Shown here: positions 52,010-64,000 of the stretch, piece after piece
How positions within the stretch are numbered: the stretch's first letter is position 1
How the letters are laid out: the number at the start of each line of letters is the position of its first letter
Origin: Marsupella aquatica
Taxonomy: Eukaryota > Plantae > Marchantiophyta
Direction of reading: 5' to 3'
Assembly (NCBI GenBank): GCA_973895155.1
Contig: OZ316899.1
Span: 12,058,834 to 12,122,833 of the forward strand
DNA: 64,000 bases
The notes under the pieces: model-generated
What the model saw: the letters and a program-made list of their open reading frames with translations, nothing else
Told to the model about the DNA's origin: nothing
The model's database searches: none
Made by a program: the position numbers and the translations under genes

Positions 52010-55000
52010 ATTTTACTTCACGAGTCGACATACACTTATACTTGGTTGACCCGATAGCTCTTGAATGAACAGGTCCAAGGCCGAGGGGCGTATACTACAA
52101 CGGAGCCCGGCTCCGCACTCGCCCAGTGAGCTTAGTTGTACCCCCTCCCCTTGATACTCTTTCACTCACAAAGGTTGGGACTCCCCGCACATACCGCGGA
52201 TGTCCAACTTTGTGACTAAACCCCCCCTTGGCTCTACCGAGGGGTGCACTAAATTCTAGGGCTTCAATCTGGTAAGCCCTATCCGAGGAACTATCGGCTT
52301 TGGATAAGCGATCCCGAATGCTAACCCGTGGCGTGTGGATCTCAAACTTGACTGGGATCAGCGAATGTTGTCCAAATATGAGGAAGTACGGACTGTGACT
52401 TGTGGTAGTCTTGTACACCAAATTGTATGAGTACACAGCAGCGTATAATTTTTCATCCCAATCGGTCTTATGCGCGGCGACGGTCTTGTTGAGGATCTTC
52501 CCAATGATACCATTTTCTCTCTCTGTCAGGCCATTCGCCTTGGGGTGGTACGGGGTGGTCTTGTGGTGCTTGACTAGGTAACGCTCCGTAAGGCATGCTA
52601 CTATGTCATTTATGAAATGTGTTCCCCGATCGTTGACTAGCTCCAGAGGTGGCCCAAACCGGGTGAAGATCTGTTTGTAAGAACCGGGCGCTAGTTGCAG
52701 CGTCGTCCTTCACCGTAGCCCAAGCTTCAACCCATTTGGTGGAGTAGTCTATGGCTAGCAGGAGGTACCGGCATCTGCGTCTTCGGGTAACTGGAGTGAA
52801 CGGCCCAATGTAATCAATGCCCCACTTTTTGAATGGTGCTAGTGGAAGTACGGAAGTGAGGGGGTGGTTGTGGGCTCTCCTTGGGGCACCAGCCCGTTGG
52901 CACAGATCGCATCCCTTGATAAAGAGTTGTACATCCCGATGCAACGTAGGCCACCAATATCCTGAATCCAAAATCTTTTGGGCTATAGTGATGGCCGCAA
53001 AATGGCCTCCAGCTTCTTCTTCATGCAAGGCCCGCATAACAATGAGTGTCTCCTTGTATTCTAAGCAGCGCCGTAGCTTCCCATTAACTCCTTCCTTGTG
53101 TAAGTGACCCTGTATCATAACATACGGCCCGGCCTCCTGTAGAAACACAGCGGCGACCTCCTGATTGATCCTGTCGGGGATGCGGCCTGTTAAGAGGAAG
53201 GTAATGATTGAGCCGTACCACGTAGGTGTTCCCTCCCCTACGTGGAGTAACTCCTCATCCAGAAACATATTGTTAATAGGATGATCGACAGGTACACTGT
53301 CTAGTCTTGAAAATAAGTCAGCATTGAGGTGCGCTTTTCCTGGCCGAACCTGGACTTTGTAGTTGAATTCCTAGAGAAGTAACACCCACCGGGCTATCCG
53401 TCCTGTAACATCTGCTTTGTTTACCATATACTTCAAACAATCATGATCCGTGTGGAAAATGACTTTGTACCCAAATAGATAGTGCCAGAACTTCTTGCAT
53501 GAGTAGATGATATCGAGAGCTTCTCAGTCGGTGGGGGAGTAATTCTTCTCAACCGCGAATAGCTGACGACTGGCGTAATAGATGGGGTGGTCACGACCGT
53601 CCTCATTGAGCTAGCTCAGTACGGACCCGATGCAGAAACCAGAAGCATCGATGTATACATGGAATTCTTTATTCCAATCCGAGGTAACCATGATGGGTGC
53701 TGTGATGAGTCGCCTACGGAGTTCCTCGAAAGCAATCCGTCTCTTGGGCGTCTCTTCCATTACAACATCTTCTTCATCATCTCCATGAGGGGGAGCGCAA
53801 TTTTAGCAAAATCTTTAATGAACCGGCAATAATACCCCACGCAGCCCAAAAATATCATACAACCTTTTGATCTACGGGGAACATGACCGCACAACCGCCA
53901 TGCAGGCTGCAACCTTCTCCTGGTCCACTTCGATACCCCGTTTGGACACACAATGCCCGAGTAACACCCCCTCCTCTACCCCCAAAAAACATTTGGCAAG
54001 ATGTAGCTTGAGATTAACCTCTTGGCATCGTTGTAGCATACGCCGTAGATGTTTGGGGTGCATGGCGACGGTCCCAAAGATGGCAAAGTCATCGATAAAT
54101 ATTTCCAGAAATTCCCATAGGAAATCATGGAAGATATTCATCATGAGTTGCTGGAACATGACCGGGGCATTACACAGCCCAAACGGCATTCTTCAAAATG
54201 CAAATGTCCCCCTCCATGGTGAACGTGGTTTTAAGCTGATCCAAAAGGCGGATCCAGATTTGATTATAGCCTGAATACCCATCAAGGAACGTATAAATTT
54301 TGTTTCGGGCTACCATATCCAGAACCATATCCGTGAATGGTAACGGGTAGTGGTCTTTTCGGGTAGCGTCGTTCAGCTTACGATAGTCCTGACAGATGCG
54401 GATCTTAGGTTTTCCGTTCGTACCTCCCTTCTTTGGCACAATGACGATAGGGGACACCCAATCACTAGCCATCACCGGGTAGATGATATCCGCAGCTAGG
54501 AGACGATCAATCTCCTCTTTTACCAAGATGGAATATCTTGGGTTCATGCAACGCTAGCATTGCCGTACAGCGTGTGCTCCTAAATTTAAATCGATTGTAT
54601 GTTCTCCTAACTCGGGGGAGACTCCGGTCAGGTCATGATGGCTCCATGCAAACACGTCTTAAGTAGTGATTGGATAGATTTCTTTGCCTCGCCTGTTACT
54701 TAAGGCGTGACCTAAGTTGAAAGTCTTATCCATCCCGATGGTGTACTTCCTGTAGTGTTCTTGGTTTCGTAGGCTAGGGTCCAGGCTAGCATCTAGCTTC
54801 GCTAAGCAAACTCCTCTATACATCGGCGAGGTCCGGATCGGTTATGGGGTCAAGACTACCTCTTCTTCTAGCGGAATAGAAGGCTCCCAAGACACTCGTT
54901 TCTTGTGCTTGGTCGTCGGAATTTTGGCTTCGGCGAATGGGCTGGTAGGCCCATGACTAGGAGAGTCGGCACTCATAAGTGTGATGTCGGCTCCCTGCTT

Positions 55001-55698
55001 TGCTGTAGCTGTGCTTTCCGGATTTTCTGGACTGATGACTTGGGTGGGTTGTACGTTTACTGAGGCACCAGATGAACTCAGGGTGACGTTGTATGTATCT
55101 TCTTTCGGGTAGTTCATGAGATGGGTTTCTCGTATTGCTTCCACTCCAAAAACATCTTCCTCGGACAGGGACGAGATGAGCTCTACCATGTTGAGCTCTT
55201 CCTCCTCCGAGGTTTATGAATCGTATTCCTTGGGTCCCTGTGGGGTTTCACCTTGATAATCATCCATTGCCCACAACACCCGTACCGTGGGTGTCCCAAA
55301 CCGCAGCTCCTTCTTTCCCCAATCCGTGACGACGCGTCCTCCATACAGCCACGGCCTGCCCAAAAGGACCGGATAAGAGGATGGTCAAACCGGCCTCATG
55401 ACTAGGAAGTTGAGATAGAATTCCACCCCTCCTACAAGCGTGAGCACCTTGGTAAGCGTGCCCAAGGGAAGGACCCTTGCCCCATTTGCTAACCTGATAG
55501 CTCGGGTAGTGGGTTGATACGTGAGGTACCCCAACTTGACCAATGTTTCCTCAGTCATGATATTGACTCCCGCTCCTCCGTCCACGAGAACCATCTTGAT
55601 AGTACAATTGTTAATCTCGATTGAGATGTCCGGCGCTCCCAGGTCCTTGCAGATCATATTACAGTCTGTGATCCCAACCCGTGGTAGTTGTCTCCGTT

Positions 55699-56050
55699 GC
55701 GGGTATAGCGACGGAGGCAGGAAACAGGAATTTTTTTTCCTGTTTTTAATATGTTGTTACCAGGAAAAAATCACTGTTACCAGGAAAAATGACAATTTAA
55801 AAATGTCTCCTAAAACATGTTATTTCCAAAAAAATTAACAATGCAACATTTTTGGCTAGCTTTGGGCGCTACTATTAGCAGCGCCAGGCGCTAGCAAAGA
55901 AAACTGGTCTACCAAAAAAAAACAACTAAAAATTCAAAAAAAAAATTCAAAAAAAAATTCCACCCATTTTCCTGTTACCAGTTTTTTTTCCTGTTACTAG
56001 TTTATGTTATTAAATCATGTTTCCTGTTTGTTGTCTTTTGTAAACACCTC
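55699..56050 (-). mobile_element. Second non-autonomous derivative (MITE-like, 352 bp)
   Basis: Minus-strand ends GAGGTGTTTACAAAAG...TATACCCGC. TSD TCCGTT/TTCGTC. Removal restores D1 frame GWRR|RQLPRVGITDCNMICKD. Palindromes at 55857 and 55879. Confidence 0.88.
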
Positions 56051-58323
56051 TTCGTCGCCAACCCGTAAGCAACTCCCTCAATTGTTGTCGGTACTGAGGA
56101 TTATTCTACAACAGTTGCCCTACCGTTGTTGTAACCGGGAAACTCTTCATGTCCTTCCTAATATCGTAGTCCTCCTTCTTCTCTTCCTTTGGCTGCTGCT
56201 TGGCTTCCTCCTCCCGCTTCTCTTGCTCTTGTCGTTGGGCGGCCTCGGCTGCTTTGATGTCCTTATCGATCGCCTTCTGGTATTCCCGTGCTTTGCAGGC
56301 CTCCAACTGCTTCTTTACCAATTCTTTGATGCGGGGATAAAATAGCTTCAGGTCGTCCCGATGGTAATCATCGTCTTCCTCCGGGGGTATGTCTATCGTT
56401 GGCTGCACCGGCATAGTATCTTGCTTTTTCCGGCGTTTCTCCTCCTGTTTCTCTTCCCTCGGCTCAGCTCTTGTTGACAAGCAGTAGCACTTGGCCTCAT
56501 TTGATGGATTAGGGTGCTCGGCCACATCCACCAGATTTACCCACTCGGTGTTGTCATCTTGCCATTCTACAACGATCATTTGGACGACTGCATCGCTCAT
56601 GGATGGTCCACCTGGGGCCGGTCTAGCTGCGTTTGCTCGAGTGGCTATTACCAATGGACAGTTAGCCGTGGAATGAGCTTCCGTTTTGCAAACTTGACAT
56701 AGTGGTGTGCCTCGGCCATCTCCCTGCCGTCTTGGCTCTGTGCATTCCTGTGCAAAGTGGCCTGGCTTCTCATAGTTGTAACAAATTGGGGATTGCCAAA
56801 TCCCTGGCTTCGGAGGAATGCTTGGGTTACTGATAACTTGGAAACTCCTGCCATTGTTTGGATAAGGATATGCAGTTCTACCCGCTAAATTACGCAGACC
56901 CACCGTGGAAATCTGATACACGGAATCAGGAGGGTCTTCGAAGAAATACTCCGTGGACTCCGATTCTGGTCCCGGGGTATCAACATCATCCAATTCTACC
57001 CGGTGGACTTGATTCTTCCATCTTGGGCATTCCTGCACCACATGCCCCGATTGGAAGCACTTGGAACACCACGCATGTGCTTGGGTCTCTGATGGCTTGT
57101 TCTTCTCCATAGGTTTTCCCGCGAGATGTAGTGACAGCGCTTTGAGACGATCCATGATTTTGTTGAGCTTGTCTGTTTCGGCCGTCTTTGGATCAGGTAT
57201 TGTTCTTTGAACACGGGGTTTGATTTTCCCATCCTTCTTAACACGCCGCTTCTTCTTCTTACTTTGGCTCTCGCTCTCTAAATCGCTTCCCAATGAGCTG
57301 GAGGTGGAGGATCCACTAGTCGAAGTCAACTCCAAACTAGACTCTGTCTCCGAACTGGACGAGGTAGAACGATGTTTCTTCTTCTTCTTACATTTCTTCT
57401 TCTTCTCATCATCAGATTCGGAGTCACTGTCACTAAAGGTCTCATACTTGCCCTTCTTATGGTGTGCCCGTTGGCTTTGTCGGGAGTTATAAGTGGACTC
57501 CCTGTAGGTTTCGGCGCACGCTATGGCTGCTTGCATTGAAATTGGGTTATTTTGGCGCACCCAAAATTGCATATTTGTGGGAAAACCGTGGAGGAACCAC
57601 GTAAGTTGGAGCGCATCGCTTGGCCTAGGCCGGATCTTGGCAACAAGTTTATGAAACTTCTGAATAATATTTTGCAAGGACTCCTTCTTTCCCATGCAAA
57701 GTTGACCGATCTTCAATAAGGAATGCTACTTTGATCCAATGGTACGAAACTCTTGTAGCAACGCAGCTTGGAATTGTGGCCATGTAATCCTGGGCGGCAG
57801 CAAGTTGTACCATGGACGAGCTTCTCCCCACATCACTCCGGGGAGGATGGTTAGCTTAATGGTGTCTTCCCCGTTGGCCTTAGCAGTGGCTTCAAACTCA
57901 TCCAACTATTCATCTGGATCGTCCCCATGACGCCCTTTAAAAGGTCGATAATGAAACCGTGATCGCTGTGAAATTTATGGGGGAGCTTGCGCAGTGCGGG
58001 CCATAGCCGGAGGGGCTGTTGCCATTGGTACTAGTGGTGATGGTGGTACTGGCGGTGGTACCACAGGGACCAGAATAGGACCCGCTGGGCCGGACCCGAA
58101 GGTCCCGGTGGTATGTTCATCTGTTGAGGCGATTGTGAGTCCTTCAAGCCTGAAGATTTAGAGCTTGTTGTGGTTGCACTCTCTCGTTAGTCAATCTCCT
58201 CAAGTAAGCCGCTTGCAAACGAGTGACGGGCATCTACTCGTATAAATGCGATGGTTAGTAACTAACTGGGGCCTGGTGTACTTTGCCCAGGTGCCCCCTC
58301 CATCTAGTGCCAAAAAAAGGCTA

Positions 58324-61300
58324 TGTCACGTCGTCAGCCTAGGCCTTAACCCGGGCTTTGGCTTAGACAGGCATATCCTCCATTAGTATGAGGGTTCGGG
58401 CAAGGAGGGATGCACGGACTGCACCTAACTCCCGTAATCTAGCGCTAAGTGCGACTACTGTTACTTACATACACTTCCTAGGTATGATTTATGTTCCACT
58501 GCTGGAACATACCTTAGTCGATAGTGGGATCAACCCCGGATTATGGGCTTCTAAGCCTTCATGCTATCCGCCTTTGATCCGGATCCGATGATACGGGCAT
58601 TCAACCTGGACTCGCAGCCACTCCTCCGCAACGTGCACCCCGTGCACGGCTCGGGTAGTGCGCTCGGCCAAGCATTGGCACCCATACACAAGATTCATAC
58701 ATGAACACACACACAAGCATACAATCTCGGTTTACACAAAGGAAATAATGGGAAAGGATTTTACTTCACAAGTCGACATACACTTATACTTGGTTGACCC
58801 GACAGCTCTTGAATGAACAGGCCCAAGGCCGAGGGGCGTACACTACAATGGAGCCCGGCTCCGCACTCGCCCAGCGAGCTTAGTTGTACCCCTTCCCCTT
58901 GGTACTCTTTCACTCACAAAGGTCGGGACTCCCCGCCCATACCACGGATGTCCAACTCTGAGACTAAACCCCCCTAATCTACCGAGGGGTGCACTAAATA
59001 CTAAGGGCTGAGGACCGGAGTGGCCTTGTGCCCAAATATTCACTAACTAAGATCCTAACTAAGCTGGCTGTCAGGCCAGAAACGGCTTGTCTTATTATAA
59101 GATTCTAATCTACGTAGGCTAAACAGTATGGCAGCGCGACTTTAACTAGGGCAGGCGCTTGTACCTATAGCCTGATTTAGCTAAACCTAACTCTATTTTA
59201 ATCTTACTCCACTACTAATGTCTGGCACGCTTGCCAGAGCCACCCAAGTGGGAGTGGTTATCCCGCTGCCTTTTGAGTCTGTCAGCGTCCTGCTTGAGTA
59301 GTTGGACATGGTCCAGCAGAGATTCGTTCTCTCGCTTTGCCGCGTCCATTTCCTCCGCGACTTCCGGGCATGCCTCCTCTAGTTGTTGCGCGTTGCTTGT
59401 CAGCTTATCCACCAATTGGGCCTGCTTTGTGGCTTCTCCTTGGAGCCATGCCACTTCCACCTTCAGGGCGTCTATCTCGGCTGCGTCTTGCTAGGACTGA
59501 GCATCGGCCTCCTCTACATCCTTTTGCCAGCTAACAGCGTGCCCCTTCAAACCGTCAATCTGGGTCCAAAGCCGTGCGATCTTGGAGTCTTTTCCGAACC
59601 CAACTTGCTCTGCTAAGGCTGCCCGGGCCCTGGCCTTGGCAACCTGATCCTCCGTGGCCGATACCTGAGGTCACAGTTATTGGAGTTCAGTCTCCAGGGC
59701 CACCACTTTGTCCTTTAGGTACGTTGACTCAACCCGGTATCGCTCTATTCTTTGCGCCGTCTTAGCCTGCACATGTCTTGCCTTTACAACGGCAACCAAC
59801 TCCTGGTTGAAGAAGTAGGCCACCTTCCGTGCCATGTATTCCCCGGCATCCCGTGCAATTTGTTGAGAGAAATCTCCCAACAACCCGTTCAGAAACGTGC
59901 CTGGCGCAAAGAGTTCTGGGTGGTCTAGACTATGCCCCTCCGGATTCGAGCAAGGACAGACCCCAGCCCGCGCGGGAGTTGGAGTGGAAATGTCCAGCCC
60001 TTGAGGTAAGTCGGTCAAAGGGGCTGGTTCCATTGGAGCTGGGCGGTTCTCCTGCACAGCCGTGGGGGTGGCGGGATCTCCTCGGCCACCATAGTGGCAG
60101 GTTTGGTTCTGACCTCAGCCGGCCCGGCTTCAATCACGTTGATCTGGTTAATCGCATCCAGGGTCGCGATAATTGCGTCTAAGGGTACGCTTGGCGGGGC
60201 GGTAGCAACTGGTTGCGGGGCCGGGGTAGCAGGGCTTGCGGCTGCCAGGCTTTGGGCCTTGGGCTGTGGTCGCCTCTCCTGAGCCGGGAATACCCACTTT
60301 GACGGGGTCAATTCAGTCTTGTTGCTACGGGGAAGGCTTTGGCGGTCAAAATGGGTGTACCACTCGATGATGATCTTGATGTGGCTTGCGAAGTATGCCT
60401 TTCTGCCAAGGTATAAGGTCTTCCTTCTCGGCTCCATCTCCTCGTGGAACTTCTTGACAAAGAAGGACGCCCACCTCCTAGGCCAAAAGTTCTCTACTTG
60501 TATGACCTGGGCGGCGGATATTTTGCCCCGTGGTTCCATCATGTGGAGGGCATACCGCTGGAACTCCAGGCGTTTTGCTACCTCCGGGATGAGGCACGTC
60601 CTCATCAAGAATCCGTTGTCCACTGCTCCCTCGGTCGAGAAGCTAGAGGACTGGTATTTAGCTCCCTTGCCCCTAGGAGCCCGCGACTCTACCCGGTTTA
60701 TTCCTTCAGGTAGGCCGAAAATCATCTTCAGATGTGCCTCATTGAGACACATCACTCTCTTGTGCACTCGGGTTTGTTGGCGAGCCTTGTCAAAGTTCTG
60801 AATGAACTCCGTCATATCCTGCCCGTAGTACCTGCTTCCATTCCAAGGGAGAGAGGCGAGATGCTCAAACCCTTGAGTCTTCAGGTAGCATGCATGCTTG
60901 GGGTGGAGGATGTTCTTGTGAACATTCTCCCCCATGCAATGCATGGTCAGCTTGGCCACTGCAACCGTGGCCAAAGGCAGCCCGGATACAGCTGCGGGTT
61001 TCTTTCTCTTCCTACCCCGGGACTGATTTTCGGGGTGACTAGAAGAGAGGGACATCTCCCCATCCTCCCGGTTGGGTGGCGGTAGCGCTACCGCCATGAG
61101 TATCGGTGCGGGGGCCACTATAGTCACCGTGTTATCCCCTCGGGCTTGTTGGAGTGGTGTCGGGTTGCTTGGCGCATGCTGATTTGTACCCCGCGGCCGT
61201 CGGTTTAGGGGAGGGTGAGCCTCCTTGTCTTCAGAGCTAATATTTACCACATTTACCACGGATCGCACCCAGAGAGGTGGTGCGACCGGTGGTGGAGATT

Positions 61301-62281
61301 GGCTTGGCAGAGGCCGAGGCGGTGTTGGCGCAGGTACCGACGGATTGGCGCTAGTTGCAGTTGGGGGAGGTGCCATTAGATTCAGGAAGTCCCAGGGGAA
61401 GTCGAGTGTCGTTAAGATAGGAGTCTTGCTTGTTTGGGCAGGGCCAAATTGACAATCTATGGATGCTTGAACCCCGGCGGGGATATGGTCGTAGTGGTGC
61501 GGCTGCAAGTCTATCATGCCCGGGAGATGATAAACCCTGTCCGGAAGCCAAAGAGCGCTTCCCGAAAACCGACGTACTTCTCGTCGACAAAGAAGTACTC
61601 ACTGATTTTGTCAACTCGGAAAAGCTCACTCTGGAATGGGAGGTCAAAATTGTCGTTATAGTGATTATGGCCGGCTAAGCAAATGGCTCTCTCGTAAGCT
61701 CGTTCGGTCTTGTATTGGCGCGGGTTGACCTTGGCTAAGGACTTGGCTAAGATGACTTCCCACGGATAGGAATTGCAGCCAAAATTGAAGGGCCAAATTA
61801 GACAATATCGTGGCAAACATCCAGGAGTGACGGTGGGTGACCAAGGATGGACAAAGTGGTTGAGATCCAAGCTGGCGCGCGGAATGGAGTGTGGGTGTAA
61901 TATGAGAGAATGGCCCTCCTTTTATACTCTGAGAGCAAATTGTTTGACAGGCCCCTCCTCCCTCCCTATAGGCCAAGCTTTTCATGCTCATAGTGTACTG
62001 GCCACTCGTGGATCCGGTTCAAAGCGTGTGAGCGACCGCCTCCAAGAATTTGTTATACGGACCCAAAGGGTCCTCTTACACGCTCGTAACCTGGAAGTAC
62101 GAATGGCACTCCGCTGCCATCCCAAACGTAAATGCCCCTTATTAACTAATGATTCTCTAGTCATACATACTACCTATTAGTGTCGTTATGCTAATAACTA
62201 CGGCCTACGGTGCCCCTAATGCGCGTGCTAAGCACGGGCTAGGCCAAATCAATCATTAACCGCCGTGTTGGCAGCGTCACA
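58324..62281 (-). repeat. 5' LTR of D1 (3958 bp) containing a decayed ORF (61870-59215)
   Basis: TGTGACG...CGTGACA termini, PBS immediately inside, TATAAAAGG at ~61925-61917 upstream of the ORF. Confidence 0.85.
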
Positions 62282-62495
62282 CTATGGATAAGAAGTTAAA
62301 TTTTATAAATTTATTGATCTAAGAGTTTATTGGAGAATCATTTTAGGATTTTGGAAACACATATCGTATAGAAATTGTTTTAAGATTTTGAACACCACAA
62401 AACTGGAGTAAATTGCTTTCCTTATAACCTACGGGACCAAATCTTGGTTGATATGAGCAAGATCACACACAATTGGTGTTGTTCTACTTACCACA
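62282..62495 (+). repeat. 3' remnant of the B 3' LTR
   Basis: Matches 14914-15127. Confidence 0.92.
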
Positions 62496-63618
62496 GGTGT
62501 ACATGCCGAAAGAAAGCAATGGGGTGAGATACTTGGTTTTGGCGAGAGAAGACTTGTCTTCTTACGTTGAAGGGAGAGCTTTGGTTACCAATATGACCGC
62601 TGCTGTTTGCCAATTCATTTTGGAGGATATCATTGCGAGACATGGGTATTTTATGAGGATGAGAGCCGATAGGGGGGAGCTAAGCTCCAAGGAAGCTCAA
62701 GAGTTTTTTGACCAATACCGAATCAAGTTGAAGCTTACTTCAAGTTACAATCCGAAAGGCAATGGGAAATCTGAAAGAGGTCATATTCAGATCATTAGTG
62801 CATTGGCGAAGGCCTGTGATGGGGATCTTGGCAGGTGGTCGAGCCTTCTTCCACTTGCCTTACTGGTTGATCGGATGACTTGCAGTTCTGTTATCGGATA
62901 CGTTCCTGCTGAGTTGCTTACTAGACATTTGCCGATGATGCCTCTTGAGGAGGACATTTGTAGTTGACGATTGATTGGATGGAAAGACAAACTTTTGAGA
63001 GAAGAGTTGCTGGCTCGAAGGATCAAGCATTTTGGACTGTTACCTACAAAGATCAAAGTGGCTTGGAAGCAATTGAAAATGGCAAGGCGAAGGAACAAGG
63101 CAAGGTTCTTTTGGACTCATCATTTGAGGTTGGTTTTGGTTAAGGAAGGAGATTGGGTTTTGATTTACGAGAGCAAGTTGGATGAGCAACACTTGAGCCG
63201 AAACAAGTTTGCTCAAAGGTGGCAAGGTCCATATATGGTGGTGATTGTTCACCCGAATGCTACCTATACAATTCGAGAGTTGGATGAGACTATTCACCAA
63301 GTACCTTATGCAGGGAAAAGAGTGAAAATCTTTAAGAGGAGAACTGATAAAGGAATAAACTCAAGTTCCGACTTGAGTGAAAATGAAGATGAGGCGCTGG
63401 TCCAGGCGCATTCAAAGGACTTAGACTCAGGTTTGGACAAAGAGAAGGAAGTTCAGACAGGTTCGAAGGGTTTAAGTTCTAAAGGAAGAAGGAGGAAAAC
63501 TGAAGCAGATTCTGAGTACTTGGGTTTTGAATTTCTTGAAGGAAAAGTGGTCCACGCGCATGAGATAAGTTTGAGTTCTGATTCTGGTTCAGACTTAGAC
63601 AAACTTAGACAAATTTGA
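62496..63618 (+). pseudogene. Element A integrase core and tail
   Basis: Motifs REDLSSYVEGR; RADRGE; NGKSERGH; WQGPY. Confidence 0.9.
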
Positions 63619-63664
63619 GTAAAGTGGAGCAGACCGGAGGCTGCTCAGGTTTATTGGGGGAGAA

Positions 63665-64000
63665 TGTCGCGACGAACCATTTTGGTACCAAGACCAGGGA
63701 TGAGGAAGTTGATTGGTGTTCCATATTCAGTGAGTTGCGATTGCTGTGGAGTCAAATTGTTTTGACTTCAAGCTCGACTCTCAGAGTCGATTGGTGTTCC
63801 ATTTTCAGTGATCTGCAAATGCTGAGGAGTCAAATTGTTTTGACTTCAAGCTCAGATCTGAGTGACAATTGGTGTTTTGTTTCTGATGAGTTTTGGGCAT
63901 ACGGAAGCTAAGGAGTTGGTTGCAATTGGAATGCGAAGGCTGTTGGTTCGTCTTTGGGCAATCAAGAGTCTGGCCATTGAGTTCTGAACCTGCTTGGCGG
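63665..64000 (+). repeat. Start of element A 3' LTR, with a 78-bp tandem duplication (63711/63789)
   Basis: PPT GGGGGAGAA then TGTCGCGAC. The upstream sequence is nearly identical to that before the E 3' LTR (26270-26312). Confidence 0.8.

Larger units (their letters stand above)
51698..62281 (-). mobile_element. Gypsy element D1 (5' LTR, gag, PR, RT, RH, IN, 3' LTR remnant)
   Basis: PBS ~58294-58311; gag CCHC knuckles; VDGGAGVN; DYRKLN; FIDD; FKKWGIDY. 51698-52260 matches LTR 58472-59005. Outer boundary abuts the B LTR at 62282. Confidence 0.9.
14308..62495 (+). mobile_element. Athila-like Ty3/gypsy element B (hosts C, E, DNA transposon copy 2, D1, D2)
   Basis: TGTGG...CCACA termini with perfect 5-bp TSD GGTGT (14303-14307 / 62496-62500). 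62282-62495 matches 14914-15127. Confidence 0.9.

Noticed and set aside
169-63911. The many short antisense/overlapping ORFs in the six-frame track
   Set aside because: They are shadows of TE coding regions or LTR sequence with no independent support.

Overview
Eukaryotic repeat-dense DNA with GT-AG introns and no ordinary host genes. The retroelement types suggest an early-diverging land plant such as a bryophyte (inference). The window is a nested stack of decayed transposons. An old Ty3/gypsy element A (1-844, 12087-14307, 62496-64000) is split by an 11.2-kb DNA transposon (845-12086) and by an Athila-like gypsy element B (14308-62495, TSD GGTGT). B holds a solo-LTR-like insert C, which holds a non-autonomous gypsy E. 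B also holds a second diverged copy of the DNA transposon (33202-~44200) and two minus-strand gypsy elements D1/D2 whose 3.8-4 kb LTRs contain an ORF. Two short non-autonomous relatives of the DNA transposon are also present. The most striking item is this DNA-transposon family. It has a Mutator-like DDE/SWIM transposase, 6-bp TSDs and almost no TIR. It carries a divergently transcribed 5-exon cargo gene fusing a ParB/Srx-like domain to a beta-class N4/N6 DNA-methyltransferase-like domain. About 39 copies of a 15-bp palindrome TAGCGYY-N-RRCGCTA lie only in the non-coding parts of these elements. This looks like a candidate self-recognition, marking or anti-silencing system. Domain calls are from motif recognition by eye, not database searches, and all copies are pseudogenised.
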